This document shows positions 28,664 to 42,760 of a stretch of 64,000 nucleotides of DNA, in pieces. Origin of the DNA: the human T2T-CHM13v2.0 reference genome, Homo sapiens; assembly GCF_009914755.1 (NCBI RefSeq), contig NC_060938.1; one strand, 5' to 3'. The translations under genes were made by a program, and so were the position numbers. Within the stretch, counting starts at the first letter, position 1; each line of letters opens with the position of its first letter. Under the pieces are notes generated by a model, which saw only the letters and a list, made by a program, of their open reading frames with translations, was not told the DNA's origin and did no database searches.

Positions 28664-29495
28664 TGTAACAGTGAAACAGCAAAAGAACTAACATAACTAA
28701 CTCCATTTTTGTTTAAAGGGCCTTTACCCATTCACGCACATAGGCTAGGATAATTTTATTTTATTTATTTATTTTAGTTTTGTTTTCCTTTGCTTTGAGA
28801 CAGGGACTCACTCTGTCACCCACGTTGGAGTGTAGTGGTGCAATCACAGCTCACTGCAGCCTTGACCTCCTGGGCTCAAGGAATGCTCCCACCTCAGCCT
28901 CCATTAGCTGAAACTACAGGCACATGCCAACATGCTCAACTAAGTTTCTAAAAACTATGTGTAGAGACGGGGTCTCCCTATGTTGTCCAGGCTTGTCTCA
29001 AACTCGGAGGCTCAAGCAGTCCTCCCGCCTCAGCCTCCTAAAGTGCTGGGATTACAGGCCTGAGCCACCATGCCCAGTCTAGGATAATTTTTAGAGCACT
29101 GAGATAATACACAGAAACAGCAATCATGTAGTTTTTGAAACTAACTCTGGGATTAAAGGAGAAGTATGTAAACAATAACTATGTTTTGTTAAAGATTTAT
29201 AGGAGCGTTGTGACCTGATCAAGAACAAAGAAGTCCCCAGTCTCCTGGGACCCTTGCTGGTGCCCAGATGTCTGTGGCCATCAATTACCTCAATTCCAAC
29301 CACTTCCTCTTCCCCCAGCCCTAAATGTAAAAAGAGCCTGAAATTTGTACTGACTTAACAGGTACCTTAGAATCCTAGTTTACTACCTTCTTGGTTTTGC
29401 TAGCTTTCCAAATAAACCTGCTTTTCCTCCCACCAACCCTCATCTCTTGTGTCCAGCTTTTGAGCAGCCAGCAGCTGCACCTGGATTTGGTTACA
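28664..29495 (+). mobile_element. ERV1 solo LTR (LTR8/MER4-group related, subfamily not assigned)
   Basis: TGTAAC...GTTACA inverted termini, AATAAA near the 3' end, TSD ttta at 28660-28663 and 29496-29499. Confidence 0.85.
28758..29078 (-). mobile_element. AluJ nested in the LTR
   Basis: AluJ features (gctcaag, cagccttgacctcc); TSD ctaggataatttt at 28745-28757 and 29079-29091. Confidence 0.92.
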
Positions 29496-29653
29496 TTTAG
29501 AGGACATATACAATATAAAATGCAGCAGAGATTATGTCTTTTGCAACTACTAAACTTATGATAAAAAATTTTTAGATGTCAACCTAAAAAAAGTGCACGT
29601 GTTTCAGAATTCCTTAAGAGGGAAGGAAAAGAAAACATGCTAAAAACCAGTAT

Positions 29654-29962
<309 letters not shown>

Positions 29963-30399
29963 AAAAACCAGTATAGAGAAGCAGGCTAGGGTGGAGAGGC
30001 ATTTGGGGTTAGACATGAAGGTGAAGTAGGAAGGGGAGAAGAAGTGGAGGGCAACAGATCAAATGTGAATGTGGGAGCTCCCGCTCACCCCCACTACCCC
30101 ACTATAGGGAAAACTTAAGGGTCAAAGAGCCAGTGGGGAGTAGGGAATATTAGGAAGGAACAGATATGCTTGGGAGAATCCAGAGCACAGGCACTTGTTT
30201 CTTGCCCTCTAGGAGCTCTGGAAAATTTCAAGCCACTACAATATGGGCTAACCAAAAGGCAGTGGAAATTGTGCCAAAATATTGTCAGGTAGAGAAAGCA
30301 CTGAGAGACCACCAGGCCTGACTCCCCACGGCTGCCCTGTGGTGGAGGGGAAATTTCCAAGGGCCCAGGTGACCTGAGGTGGGTCACAGTCCACAATCA

Positions 30400-30900
<501 letters not shown>

Positions 30901-31379
30901 ATTCTTATCTCACAGTTTTTTTAATCATATGCTAATTGCTAATTTTCGGGAACAATCCAGGAAGTATCATAATTTCTCATTATACAGAGGGCTGCTGAGG
31001 ATTCCACAGGGCAGTGTGTGAATATAGTCTAAAAGACTCTGCCATTGTTAGCATGTTCTAATTCCAGGTTAACCATCATTTAAGACAGCTTCTTGGGGAG
31101 GTGGAAGAGTAGTACTAACCAACCATAGGACCCCTACCCTGCATCTGAGAGTCATAAGTAATTTAGACATGCAACAACTCTTTCATCAGTGTAACATATA
31201 GGGAAGGTCATTGAGTTTTAGAGCTTGAACGTACTTAAAAAATTGTTTGGCCCTCTGCTCCCATTTGGCAAATATGGAAACTGAAGTCCAGGGCAGTAAA
31301 GGGAGTAGGCCTATGTTTGGGAGCTGGTATCAGAAGTGGTGATTCCCACTGGCTCACTTTAAGACTGGGTTCTCTGTAG

Positions 31380-31817
<438 letters not shown>

Positions 31818-31907
31818 AAGCACTTGCCATTTTAAACTGGTTGACTATATATGAAAGAACAACAGTTGGAGACAATGGGGTTAGGAATTGTGGAAATGCT
31901 TTATAGG

Positions 31908-32110
31908 GGGCTGCCCAATAGGACCCTGTGCAATTTTGGAAATGTTCTATATCTGCTATTGTGGCTACCAGTGAGTAAGGCTATTGAGTACTTGAAATAT
32001 AGCTAGTGTGATTGAGGAACTGAATTTTAAATTTTGTTTAATTTTCATTAATTTTACCTTAAATTTAAATCACCACATGTGGCTAATAGCTACTGCACTG
32101 AATAGCACAG
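31908..32110 (+). mobile_element. MER3 (hAT-Charlie)
   Basis: ggaaatgttctatatctg...gctattgagtacttgaaat...gaggaactgaatttt...ccacatgtggctaatagctac. Confidence 0.8.
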
Positions 32111-32339
32111 CCATATCATATTCACAAAAATGAAGTTTCTCTTCTTTTTCCTCACAGTTATTAGGAGATTGGTTCAAACTGATCATTTTCTGGCTACATA
32201 CCAATGTTTTCTTCAGATGTTTTACCTTCCAATTCTTGAGGAGACAGGCTTTTATATTGTGCCAATGCAATCATTCTCTGCAAAACCAAATGTGTTTCTT
32301 TGCAAGCAGAAGTTTGAGAATCAGTCTTTTGGGCATTTG

Positions 32340-32797
32340 TTTTTTCTTCAACTTTTAAGTTCCGGGGTACATGTGTAGGATGTGCAGGTTTGTTACATAG
32401 GGAAATGTGTGCTATGGTGGTTTGCCGCACAGATCAACCCATCACCTAGGTATTAAGCTAATAATAATTAGCTATTGATAGCTAATTAATGCATAAGTTA
32501 TTCTTCCTGATGCTCTCCCTCCTCCCACCTCCTGATAGGTCCCAGTGTGTGTTGTGCCCCCACCTGTGTCCATGTGTTCTCATCTTTCAGCTCCCACTTA
32601 CAAGTGAGAACATGTGGTGTTTGGTTTTCTGTTCCTGCGTTAGTTTGCTGAGAATAATGGCTCCAGCTCCATCAATGTCCCTGCAAAGGACATGATCTCA
32701 TTCCTTTTTATGGCTGCATAGTATTTCCTGGTGTATATGTACCACATTCTCTTTATTTAGTCTACCATTGATAAGCATTTGGGTTGATTCCATGTCT
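32340..32797 (-). mobile_element. 5'-truncated L1PA 3' end
   Basis: ggggtacatgtgtaggatgtgcaggtttgttacatagg...agtgagaacatgtggtgtttggttttctg. Confidence 0.9.
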
Positions 32798-32953
32798 GGG
32801 CATCATTTATTTAAACTTTAAATTTTTTTTATTGTACATGTGACTTTCAAAATTAAACTCAGTTCAGAAGTCACCTTCTCAGCTTTAATAGCTTTAACTT
32901 CTAAATAATATTTTCCTTAAGGTCCCTTCTTTTTCAGATGGTGTTTGATCTTT

Positions 32954-34296
32954 TTTTTTTAATAATTTCAATATTTATTTTATTTTTATTATTATTTTTT
33001 TTTTTAGTATTTATTGATCATTCTTGGGTGTTTCCCGGAGAGGGGGATTTGGCAGGGTCATAGGACAATAGTGGAGGGAAGGTCAGCAGATAAACAAGTG
33101 AACAAGGGTCTCTGGTTTTCCTAGGCAGAGGACCCTGCGGCCTTCCGCAGTGTTTGTGTCCCTGGGTACTTGAGATTAGGGAGTGGTGATGACTCTCAAC
33201 GAGCATGCTGCCTTCAAGCATCTGTTTAACAAAGCACATCTTGCGCCGCCCTTAATCCATTTTACCCTGAGTGGACACAGCACATGTTTCAGAGAGCACC
33301 GGGTTGGGGGTAAGGTTATAGATTAACAGCATCCCAAGGCAGAAGAATTTTTCTTAGTACAGAACAAAATGGAGTCTCCCATGTCTACCTCTTTCTACAC
33401 AGACACAGCAACAATCTGATTTCTCTATCTTTTCCCCACATTTCCCCCTTTTCCACTCGACAAAACCGCCATCGTCATCATGGCCCGTTCTCAATGAGCT
33501 GTTGGGTACACCTCCCAGACGGGGTGGAGGCCGGGCAGAGGGGCTCCTCACTTCCCAGATGGGGCGGCCAGGCAGAGGCGCCCCCCGACCTCCCGGACGG
33601 GGCAGCTGGCCGGGCGGGGGCTGCCCCCCACCTCCCTCCTGGATGGGGCAGCTGGCCGGGTGGGGGCTGCCCCCCACCTCCCTCCCGGACGGGGCGGCTG
33701 CCGGGCGGAGGGGCTCCTCACTTCTCAGACGGGGCGGCCGGGCAGAGACGCTCCTCACCTCCCAGACGGGGTCGCGGCCGGGCAGAGGCACTCCTCACAT
33801 CCCAGACGGGGCGGCGGGGCAGAGGCGCTCCCCACATCTCAGACGATGGGCGGCCAGGCATAGACGCTCCTCACTTCCCAGACGGGGTGGCGGCCGGGCA
33901 GAGGCTGCAATCTCTGCACTCTGGGAGGCCAAGGCAGGCGGCTGGGAGGTGGAGGTTGTAGTGAGCCGAGATCCCGCCACTGCACTCCAGCCTGGGCAAC
34001 ATTGAGCACTGAGTGAGCGAGACTCCGTCTGCAATTCCGGCACCTCGGGAGGCCGAGGCTGGCAGATCACTCGCGGTTAGGAGCTGGAGACCAGCCCGGC
34101 CAACACAGCGAAACCCCGTCTCCACCAAAAAAATACGAAAACAAGTCACGCGTGGCGGTGCGCACCTGCAATCCCAGGCACTCGGCAGGCTGAGGCAGGA
34201 GAATCAGACAGGGAGGTTGCAGTGAGCCGAGATGGCGGCAGTACAGTCCAACCTCGGCTCGGCATCAGAGGGAGACCGTGGAGAGAGAGGGAGAGG
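32954..34296 (-). mobile_element. SVA (SVA_B/C-like), compact full length, ~1.34 kb
   Basis: Short CCCTCT-type head (~34281-34296), Alu-like domain, GC-rich VNTR (~33505-33900), SINE-R, poly(A). 14-bp TSD ggtgtttgatcttt at 32940-32953 and 34297-34310. Confidence 0.97.
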
Positions 34297-34318
34297 GGTG
34301 TTTGATCTTTAGCACTTC

Positions 34319-34945
34319 TGTACTAGTTATCTATTGCTGTGTAACAAATTATCCCAAAATGTAGTGGCTTAAAACACCAACATTTATTGTCTCCCAGTTT
34401 CTGCCGGTCAGGAAGCTGGGCAGCTTAGCTGGGTCCCCCACCTCAAGGTCTCCCAGAAGGCAACAATCAAGGTGTCAGCCAGACTGCAGTCATCTCAAGG
34501 CTCCACTGGGGGAAGATCTGCTTCCAAGCTCCCTCATGTGGCTATTGGCAGCCTTAAGTCCTCACTGACTGTTGACCAAAGATGTCAGTTCCTTGCCATG
34601 TGGGCCCCTCCATAGGGCTACTCACAACATGGCAGCTGGCTGTTGCCTGCTGGCTGCCCTCAGTTCCTCGCCACAGGTCCCCCTCCACAGAGCAGCTCAC
34701 AACATGGCATCTTGCCTCATCAGAGAGAAAGCAAGAAGGGACAGAAAGAGAGAATGTGAGCAAAAAGCCCAGTCTTTTGTAACCTAATCTCAGAGGCGAC
34801 ATCCCATCACTTTTGCTGTATTTTATTTGTTAGGAGCCAGTCACTACGTGCAGCTCATACTCAAGGTGAGGGGATTATGCAAGACCAGAGGGTGAACACC
34901 AGGACATGGGGACCACTGAGAGTCATCAGAGGAGCTGCTTTCCAC
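34319..34945 (-). mobile_element. MLT1F-like MaLR LTR
   Basis: tgtactagttatctattgctgtgtaacaaattatcccaaaa...ctcacaacatggcagctggc. Confidence 0.85.
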
Positions 34946-35247
34946 AACTACTCTAAGGAGCCTTCCTTAGTCTCCTTTCTTAGCCGGTCTGTCTGGAACC
35001 TTAGCTTCAGGGCCAGCTCTACTCAGAGTGTGTGGGAGTCCAATGTCCCCCATCTGGACAGTGGCAGGATGAGAACTAGAATCCAAGACTCCTGGGTTCC
35101 TGGTCAGCCTTGTTTTCTGCTGCATGTGATGCTTGGTTAGACCTCCAGCACAGGCACAAGAAGCCCCACAATGCCAAGCAAAAGCATTTTAACTTCAAAT
35201 AATAGGTACTAAGGTTTTTGAGCAGGACAATGCTATGACAAAAGTGA

Positions 35248-35575
<328 letters not shown>

Positions 35576-36027
35576 TAAGAAACATTAATGTGATGACTAT
35601 GTATACAATGACTAGAAATTATATTAACTCCTATTTATTTATAAGTAGCATATGTTTATGGCCTAAAGTTTTGTATTCTGTTCTTATAAAAATATCCAGT
35701 GAAGTACTAATAAAATGGTCTGTGAAAACATTACTTGGGCCAAAGATATATTTAGTAATATATTACAAGGCCTGTGACCAAATTCTATGTTTAACACATG
35801 ATATTTTCAGGTGTATATTGAATTAAACTCTCAAAACTATTTCCAATGAATATATAGGGATTTCCAGAAAAGGTTGTTTTCTACTAACATAGGAAGCTCC
35901 TGGAAACCCAGGACCCACAAACCCTGAGAAACTACTGTAGACTGAAAAATGTTTTAAAGTATCAGACTGTGAAGTCTCCACCCCTAGCAATATCGACACA
36001 CAAACTTGCATCTAAATTAGTAAGATG

Positions 36028-36470
36028 GTGTGGCAGTCTTCCAGTTCCATCAGTACTCATCCTCACCTTCTCATTTTCGTAATACATTTTCTAAAGCTTA
36101 GCCGGGCACATCGCCCCGTGAAGACTACATTTCCCAACATCCTTTACAGTTGGGTCAGCCACAAGAATAAAGTCTGGTCAACGGGGTATGAATGGAAGAG
36201 ATGTGAGTCATACCTAGTTGTGTCCTTAAAAGGAAAGTTATGTGCTCTCCTTGCTCCTTCTCCTCTTCTTACTGGTTGGTATGCAGATGTGAAGACAGGA
36301 GCTGGGAGTAGCAACCTGGTAGTCAGTGATGGATGCTCCCATATCAGCCTCGTACCATTTATCTCTGGAAATTTCCATGACAGTTATAAACTTCTTTATT
36401 ACATAAACCACTCAATCTTGGAGTCTGTATATTAGAACAGACTCTATAACTTTACTACTATAATAACACA
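36028..36470 (+). mobile_element. Old MLT1 (J/I-like) LTR
   Basis: gactacatttcccaacatcctttacagttggg...tctggtcaacggg motifs. Confidence 0.55.
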
Positions 36471-36822
36471 TCCACCTTTCCTTTTTGTTGGTTCTCTACA
36501 TGCCCCCCACCCCCCAAAATAATGGGCAGGTGCCTAGGCAAAGTGACAAGGGGGATGTATCAGTCCATATTAAATTCATATTGTCTTCTCCTGCTTACCT
36601 GTAATACCACCAGGATCATAATATCATCAACAAACTTCTATTGTTTTCTTGTTTTTGTTTTGTTTTGTTTTTTGGTTTTTTGCTATTTGGCTTTATTCCC
36701 CCTCCTTATTTGCCAATAATTAGAGGAGCAATAGTATCTTAAGTTCAGACTTGCTAATGAGCCAGGAGTGATTTTACATTTTCCTCTCTCAGGTTCAACC
36801 AGGGTCAGGGTCTAGGGATCCA

Positions 36823-37033
36823 TCCAGTAATGTGCCAATGAATGTTTAACAACTGGCTGTCTAGGGGAAAACCAGCCCTGATTTGTAGTGTTTGCCAATT
36901 TCTACAGTGTAAATACTCCTGCCATTGGTCAATTTCCAGCCAGCAGTATCATGTCACTGAACATAAAGTCGGAAAGAAATGTACACAATCACCTCTTGTA
37001 AGCTAGTACTATTTAGCTCCCGAACATCACTGA
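36823..37033 (+). mobile_element. MER63A-like (hAT-Blackjack)
   Basis: aatgtttaacaactggct...gccctgatttgtagtgtttgccaatttc...gtgtaaatactcc. Confidence 0.75.
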
Positions 37034-37243
37034 GATCTAGCCATCTATCTCAGCCTGGGACTGCTTCTGATTTCTTCTCTTGGTTATACTCCAGAGGAGG
37101 ATGCTAAATTTACTGTGATGTGCAGCAGGAACAGTAAAGACAATGTTCGGAGTGGTTCTGATGATCTTTGAACTACCCCTGTGGCCTTACCGTCATCTGA
37201 TCTATGATGCTCTTGTAGTAACATTTCATCCTTTTGGTTAAAG

Positions 37244-37405
37244 GCAGTGGTTGAAAAATTACCTGCATATTGGAAACACCTGTGGAGTTTTAAAAACAAG
37301 CAATCCCTGAGTTCCAGCACCAGCAATTCTGATTCTATTGACCTGGGTTTGACAGTGTTGAAAGCAGATGATTTTAATGTGTAGCCAAGGTCGAGAACTA
37401 TTGGT
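37244..37405. mobile_element. MER5-type MITE
   Basis: cagtggtt...ttctgattc...aatgtgtagccaaggtcgagaactattg. Confidence 0.65.
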
Positions 37406-39211
37406 TTAAGGTAATACATCTCTAATTTATGTGACAGATGGTTGGTGTTACTATTTTTGCTTTAAGCATAAAGAGGAAAAAATTTACATGGCCTGGTGAC
37501 AAGAGAAGAAGTAAAATGAATGGCAAGGCTAGGATAATTCCCGTAGTGAAAGGTAAGGTTGAAAAGAAGAGGTCTGTACTCTGCCCCGTCTATGGGTCCT
37601 GAAAAGAACTTTAAATATTATTTTTTGAATCCTTAGAAAGCACTAGTGATTCTTCCTTTTCAGTTAGAAAGTTTAGTGAGCATAGGAAATGCTGAAATTC
37701 TAGAAAACTGTCACAGATAATTTAATCATCTCTGCTATATTTTGCATCTGTATAAACTGGTATTATTCATTGTGAAATCCAGTTCAATTTCTTTCCCTCT
37801 CTATTAAACTTGCATTTATTCTTAGAGGCAGATGCTAAATTTTACTTTATTCAAAAATCTCTAGACAGCTACATCTTGTATTTTTTGAACATTAAGTTAA
37901 CCTTTGAGGTTGTGACTTGAATTTTACATATTGATAAAGGTCCTAGTTTACTAGTGAATCATTTTCATGTAGTAACATTTCATACAGTACTCCATACGTC
38001 TATATGTAGAAACACAGATGATATAATCAAGATGATAAAGATTCGTTGAGCCTAGCATATGATAAGTAGAGCAGAAGAGGGTCAGCATGGACAAACATCG
38101 GAGCAGGAAGACCAGGAAGCCTACGTTCTAAGCTTTGATAATGTACATAAGTCTGATGCAGTTTCCTGATCTATAAAATGAGGGCATAGAACAAGATGAC
38201 TTTGGTCCCTTTAACTTTAATATCTTGATAAGTGTCTCAAGACTGAAACCATTAGTAGTGTCAATGAACCAAATATCTCATGGGTTATTTTCTCTAGTTG
38301 TGGCAGATATTGACAAACTCTGAGGATGAGTGTGTACTTCTAGACTATCTTTTTCTGAGTTTATATTCCTTCTAGATCAGAGGTTGCAAATAAGTTGCAT
38401 TTTCAGGTAGTAGCCACCCAAAGCACTGTGTTGAGGTTTCTGAAGCCAGGACCAAGCTTGATGGGAGTTAATAGTGCCATGATAAATAAGTGGTGATTGT
38501 CTTGGGCCTGGAAAGACAGAAAAACAGTATGTGTGCCCTGTACCTCATCCCTGTTGCCAACCTTTTCATTTAGATCAATATTTCCTTTATCTCCTATTAG
38601 GTAGTTCAGAGCTGAAGGAATTTTGGGGGTTCTGTATTCTGCTACTTTCCACCAGGAAAATTGAATTCATTGTAAAAGTGCTTTGGATCTGAATGTAGTT
38701 CAGCAAAGAAAATGTAGCTACTGCATCTTTGATAAGCAGCTTCAGTTTAGGTTACAAGTTTATAATGTTTAAAACAACCATCAGTGGATTCATTTAAACA
38801 ACTTAATATATTTAAAGATTTAAAAACCCTGTTATTTAATATTGCTTTGGCTAAAACAAAAAATGCTTTTTGATTCTTTTGCTTTTAAGCCAGTCCCATC
38901 AGACACAGCCTAAAAGATAGAAATCGTGACCTTCCCTTACTTCCACCTCCTTAGGTCTGGATGGCTGCAGTTTTCTCTTTAGGCCACGTGACACCACAGC
39001 ATGATCTGGAAAGTAATTAACTACTTTAGAAGTTAATCCAGCATATACTTTGAAGCACAAGCAATTCCATCCCTAATCGTTGCTTGGCAGATTGATTCTT
39101 CCTTCTGGCTCTTGAAACTGTACGTAGTAATTGCCCTGGAATTTAAAAATCATCTGGGGAATTCCTTGTTCCACATTTAGGGCACAAACAGCTAATGACT
39201 TAGACACGTTG

Positions 39212-39213
<2 letters not shown>

Positions 39214-39272
<59 letters not shown>
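39214..39272 (+). repeat. (TG)n(AG)n compound microsatellite
   Basis: Seen directly. Confidence 0.95.
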
Positions 39273-40264
39273 CATGTTTTCAGGGGGTGGAAAGGCAGTG
39301 TCACTGTGTGGATAGGAAATGTGTCTCTTCCTCTCACTGTAAGATCTGAAAATCTCTTATCTGACCAGATTGTAACACTGAGTTGCCAAACTAGCAAATT
39401 GATAAAGTGTTGGAATGTGTTTGCAGAGAGGAATCTTGATGGGAAGGGCTTCTTAGTTGCTCTTGTACACAGGAACTCTGGTTGCAGAACTGCCTACTTT
39501 CACGTTGGTTCTGATGATGCTGTTATGTTTGCAAAACAGTGCCGTGACTACTATCTTCAGACCAGCAATTAGCCAGCTTGTGAACTAACCATTCATTTGC
39601 TTTCTTTCCTCCATTTTTTTTTTACAGTATCTTCATGACATTCAAACATCCATTTTTTCATCAAAAGATTTTACTTTCACTCTGTCCTCGTATGATTGAT
39701 TTCCTTTTGTGTCTGTTATCTTTGTTTGATCCTTTGACTGTGTTGGGCACACCATCCTCCCTAAACTTACCAAGTTCCCTGACTTTGAGGGTGTGGGTCA
39801 GGCCCTCTTCCATTTTCTTCCATCTTCTCCAAATTTGCAGTCTCATCTAGCACTTGATTCACAAAGAAGTCTTCATTAAATGGTGTGCGAATTGACTATC
39901 ATAATGGTTGCGTTTTGTTTATATTAGTTATTTATACTGTATCTCTTCAAAAACTGGGGTTTTCAACTGGGGTTTTCAGTTACCAGCTATCCGTCAATCA
40001 ATATAAATCTCTGAATTGTCAAGCAGACCTCAATATTTTAGTAGTTTGAAATAATTAAATGTAATTGAACCAGTAAATTACTCCCAAACCAGAGTTGAGT
40101 CTTTGTTTTTTTAAATGTAAACTTGGCATAATAAGCACCAGTGCAAATAGAACATGTTGCAGTAACATCTCAATGTTTGCTTCCAAAGGTGTTTCTCTGT
40201 CAAACACTTCCATTCACTGAAAGAAAATAGCTTATCTTTAAGAGAGTATGCTTGCATTTGCCTT

Positions 40265-40524
40265 ATTTATTTATTTAATTTGAGACAGAGTCTCACTCTG
40301 TTGCAACCTCCTCCTCCTGGGTTCAAGTGATCCTCATGCCTCAGCCACCTGAGTAGCTGGGATTACATGCATGTTCCACCATACCCAGATAATTTTTGTA
40401 TTTTTAGTAGAGATGGGGTTTCACTATGTTGGCCCGGCTGGTCTCAAACTCCTGACCTCAAGTGATCCACCTGCCTTGGCCTCCCAAGATTCTAGGATTA
40501 CAGGTGTGCACCACTGCCCCTGGC
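40265..40524 (-). mobile_element. AluS with an internal ~38-bp deletion
   Basis: TSD tgcatttgcctt at 40253-40264 and 40525-40536; junction ctctgttgc|aacctcc. Confidence 0.93.
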
Positions 40525-41516
40525 TGCATTTGCCTTTTAAATCTGTATATACAAACTTGCCATAATATATACCAATGCAGAAAGAAACATGATTTGGGAA
40601 TAATTCAAGAAATCGGTCAAGAAGAACTTATTATTTACTTATAGTAAGAAGAAAACAGAAAACCTGAGCTTTGCTCTCAAGTTGGTTGTGGTTTAGTTGG
40701 AGGAGACAGGACTAAGGTGCATGAAACAACACTTACAATGTGAGCATTTTATTACAAGGCCCTAACCGTGCTCTGTAATTTCAGAGAGGAATAGGAACCC
40801 TAAGGACTGGTTGAAGGATTCAGGGATGACAGTATTGAACCAGGTGAAAGGAGAACAAGGTTTGGAAAGGCAGATGTGAGATGGTAAGCATTCCCAGTGA
40901 GGCATCTACAGGGACAAAGCCCTGGAAGGAATAACCAGAGTGATGGTCAGTGGGGCAGCCAGCCCACCCAGAGCACGAGGCTGGGAAACTGTGGGAATTA
41001 TGTAAACTTCATAGGAAGGGCTCAAATTATGGAGGGCCTTTAAAGCCACACAGAGAGGCTCGAGGTTAATGTAATGGAAAATAAGGAGCCACTAAAGGAT
41101 TTTGACCTAGGGAGTGATGATATAAAAGTGGTTTTCACACTCTATTTTGGGCAGTGATACATAGGATGAAGCAAGATGCGGGAAAGGCAGCTGAACTGAC
41201 CTAGCAGTGAGATAAAACAGGACATTTTGGCTATGCAGGGGACTGTGGGGACAGCGGCAAGAACTAGGAGGTCAAAAGAAAATTCAACCAGTCTTGGTGT
41301 CTGGCTAGATGTGAGGATAGGGATAGAGCAAATCAACAGTAAATTTGAAGGTGGGTGAAGCGGGTGGGGAGGAGATTGATGACCGGACCAGGAAGTTATA
41401 GGAAGATCTGTCTCTGAACGTGTGGAATTTGAAATGACAATGAGCACTGTAAGGAGGTAATGCCGAAGAAGACTAATTTGAGGAGGTAATGAGACCTTTT
41501 TTCAAAACCTGAGTCT

Positions 41517-41600
41517 GCAGTTCAAGGCTGCAGTGAGCTATGATTACACCATTGCACTCCAGCCTGCAACAGAATGAGACTTGTCTCTAAAAACAAAAAT
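41517..41600 (+). mobile_element. 5'-truncated AluJ 3' fragment
   Basis: ttcaaggctgcagtgagctatgat...; TSD acctgagtct at 41507-41516 and 41602-41611. Confidence 0.85.
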
Positions 41601-42147
41601 CACCTGAGTCTAAGTTGTCTAACCTCACTAAGTAGGATGATAGTACCTGGTTCACCTGGCTATGGAGCTGATTAACTGTGGTAAGAATGTAAAGATGTTT
41701 CATAATATGCTATGCAAATGCAAGCCTTTGGTATTGTACTGTATGTGTATCTCCTCCCCAGTTGCATATGCTACTGAGTAGGTATTAAAAACATAAACCC
41801 CCGATCATAAATTTCACACCAGTATGTTTTGAGCTGTATCTCTTCCAGTAGCAGGTAGACTGGTAGCAGTAAAATAGATAAGAGACAATGATGAGGGTCT
41901 AGCCCAGAGCAATGACCGCGTAAGGAGAGCTAAGTAGACTTATTTGCTTTCTAGGAGGAAAAACAAAATGACAGACTTTAATGATTAATTGTATGTGGGA
42001 AATGTGTAAGAGGGAGGTTGCTAGGATGATGTCCAGGCTTCTTGTGTGGGCAATTGATGGATTGTGGTTTAAATCTTTGAGATAGGAAAGACTGGAGAAA
42101 CAGCAAATTTGAACAGGGAGGAATATCAGGAATTTAGTTTTGGACAT

Positions 42148-42628
42148 TGTGGTAGGCAGAATAATGAACCCCTCCCAAAGTTATTCACATCCTAATTCCT
42201 AGAACTTGTGAATATGTTCCTTACAGTAAAAAGGGACTCTGCAGACATGATTACATTAAGAATTTTGAGATAAGGAGATTATCCTGGACTGTCCAGGTAG
42301 GCGCAATGTAACCACTTACATCCTAAGTGAAATAGGAGGCAGGAGAGTAAGATTCAGAGTCATGTGATGGAAGAAAGAGAGGCCATTGCTGGCTTTGAAG
42401 ATGGAAGAAGTCACAAGCCAGTGCAGACAGCCCCTACAAGCTGGAAGAGACAAGAAAATGGATTCTACCCTAGAGCTTCCAGGAGGAATGTAACCCTGCT
42501 GATCCCTTGATTTTAGCCTAGTGAAACCTATATTGGACTCCTAACCTCCAAAACTTTCAGACAATACATTTGCATTGTTTTAAGCCACTACATTTCTGGA
42601 AATGTTTCCAACAGCAATAAGAAGCTGT
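42148..42628 (+). mobile_element. MLT1D-like MaLR LTR
   Basis: tgtggtaggcagaataatg...ggagattatcctgga...tgttttaagccacta. Confidence 0.85.
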
Positions 42629-42760
42629 TTGAGGTATGTGGGCGTTGCCCAAATAGAGATCTGGAGGACAGTTTACATAGCAGTCTGGAATAGAATTACA
42701 GATTTTGGAATCATTGGCACATGCTATCTGTCTATCTATATCTTTATCTATATCTATATA

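Larger units (their letters stand above)
28450..29625 (+). mobile_element. Charlie-type hAT transposon fossil, interrupted by an LTR
   Basis: gcagacattttccatatattgaatgagcaaaatcta translates to ADIFHILNEQNL, like the Charlie/Buster transposase motif ADIFxxLNxLNL. Resumes at ~29500. Confidence 0.55.
40640..42720 (-). mobile_element. L2 fossil (fragmented; MLT1D, MIR and an Alu fragment inserted)
   Basis: L2 motifs ggagccactaaaggattttg, gatgtccaggcttc, atcaggaatttagttttggacat. Confidence 0.65.

Noticed and set aside
33018-34225. Overlapping G/P/R-rich ORFs
   Set aside because: SVA VNTR, SINE-R and Alu-like domains; SVA is non-autonomous.
34584-34716. Internal ~75-bp repeat in the MLT1F-like LTR
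   Set aside because: May be part of the subfamily consensus; cannot verify.
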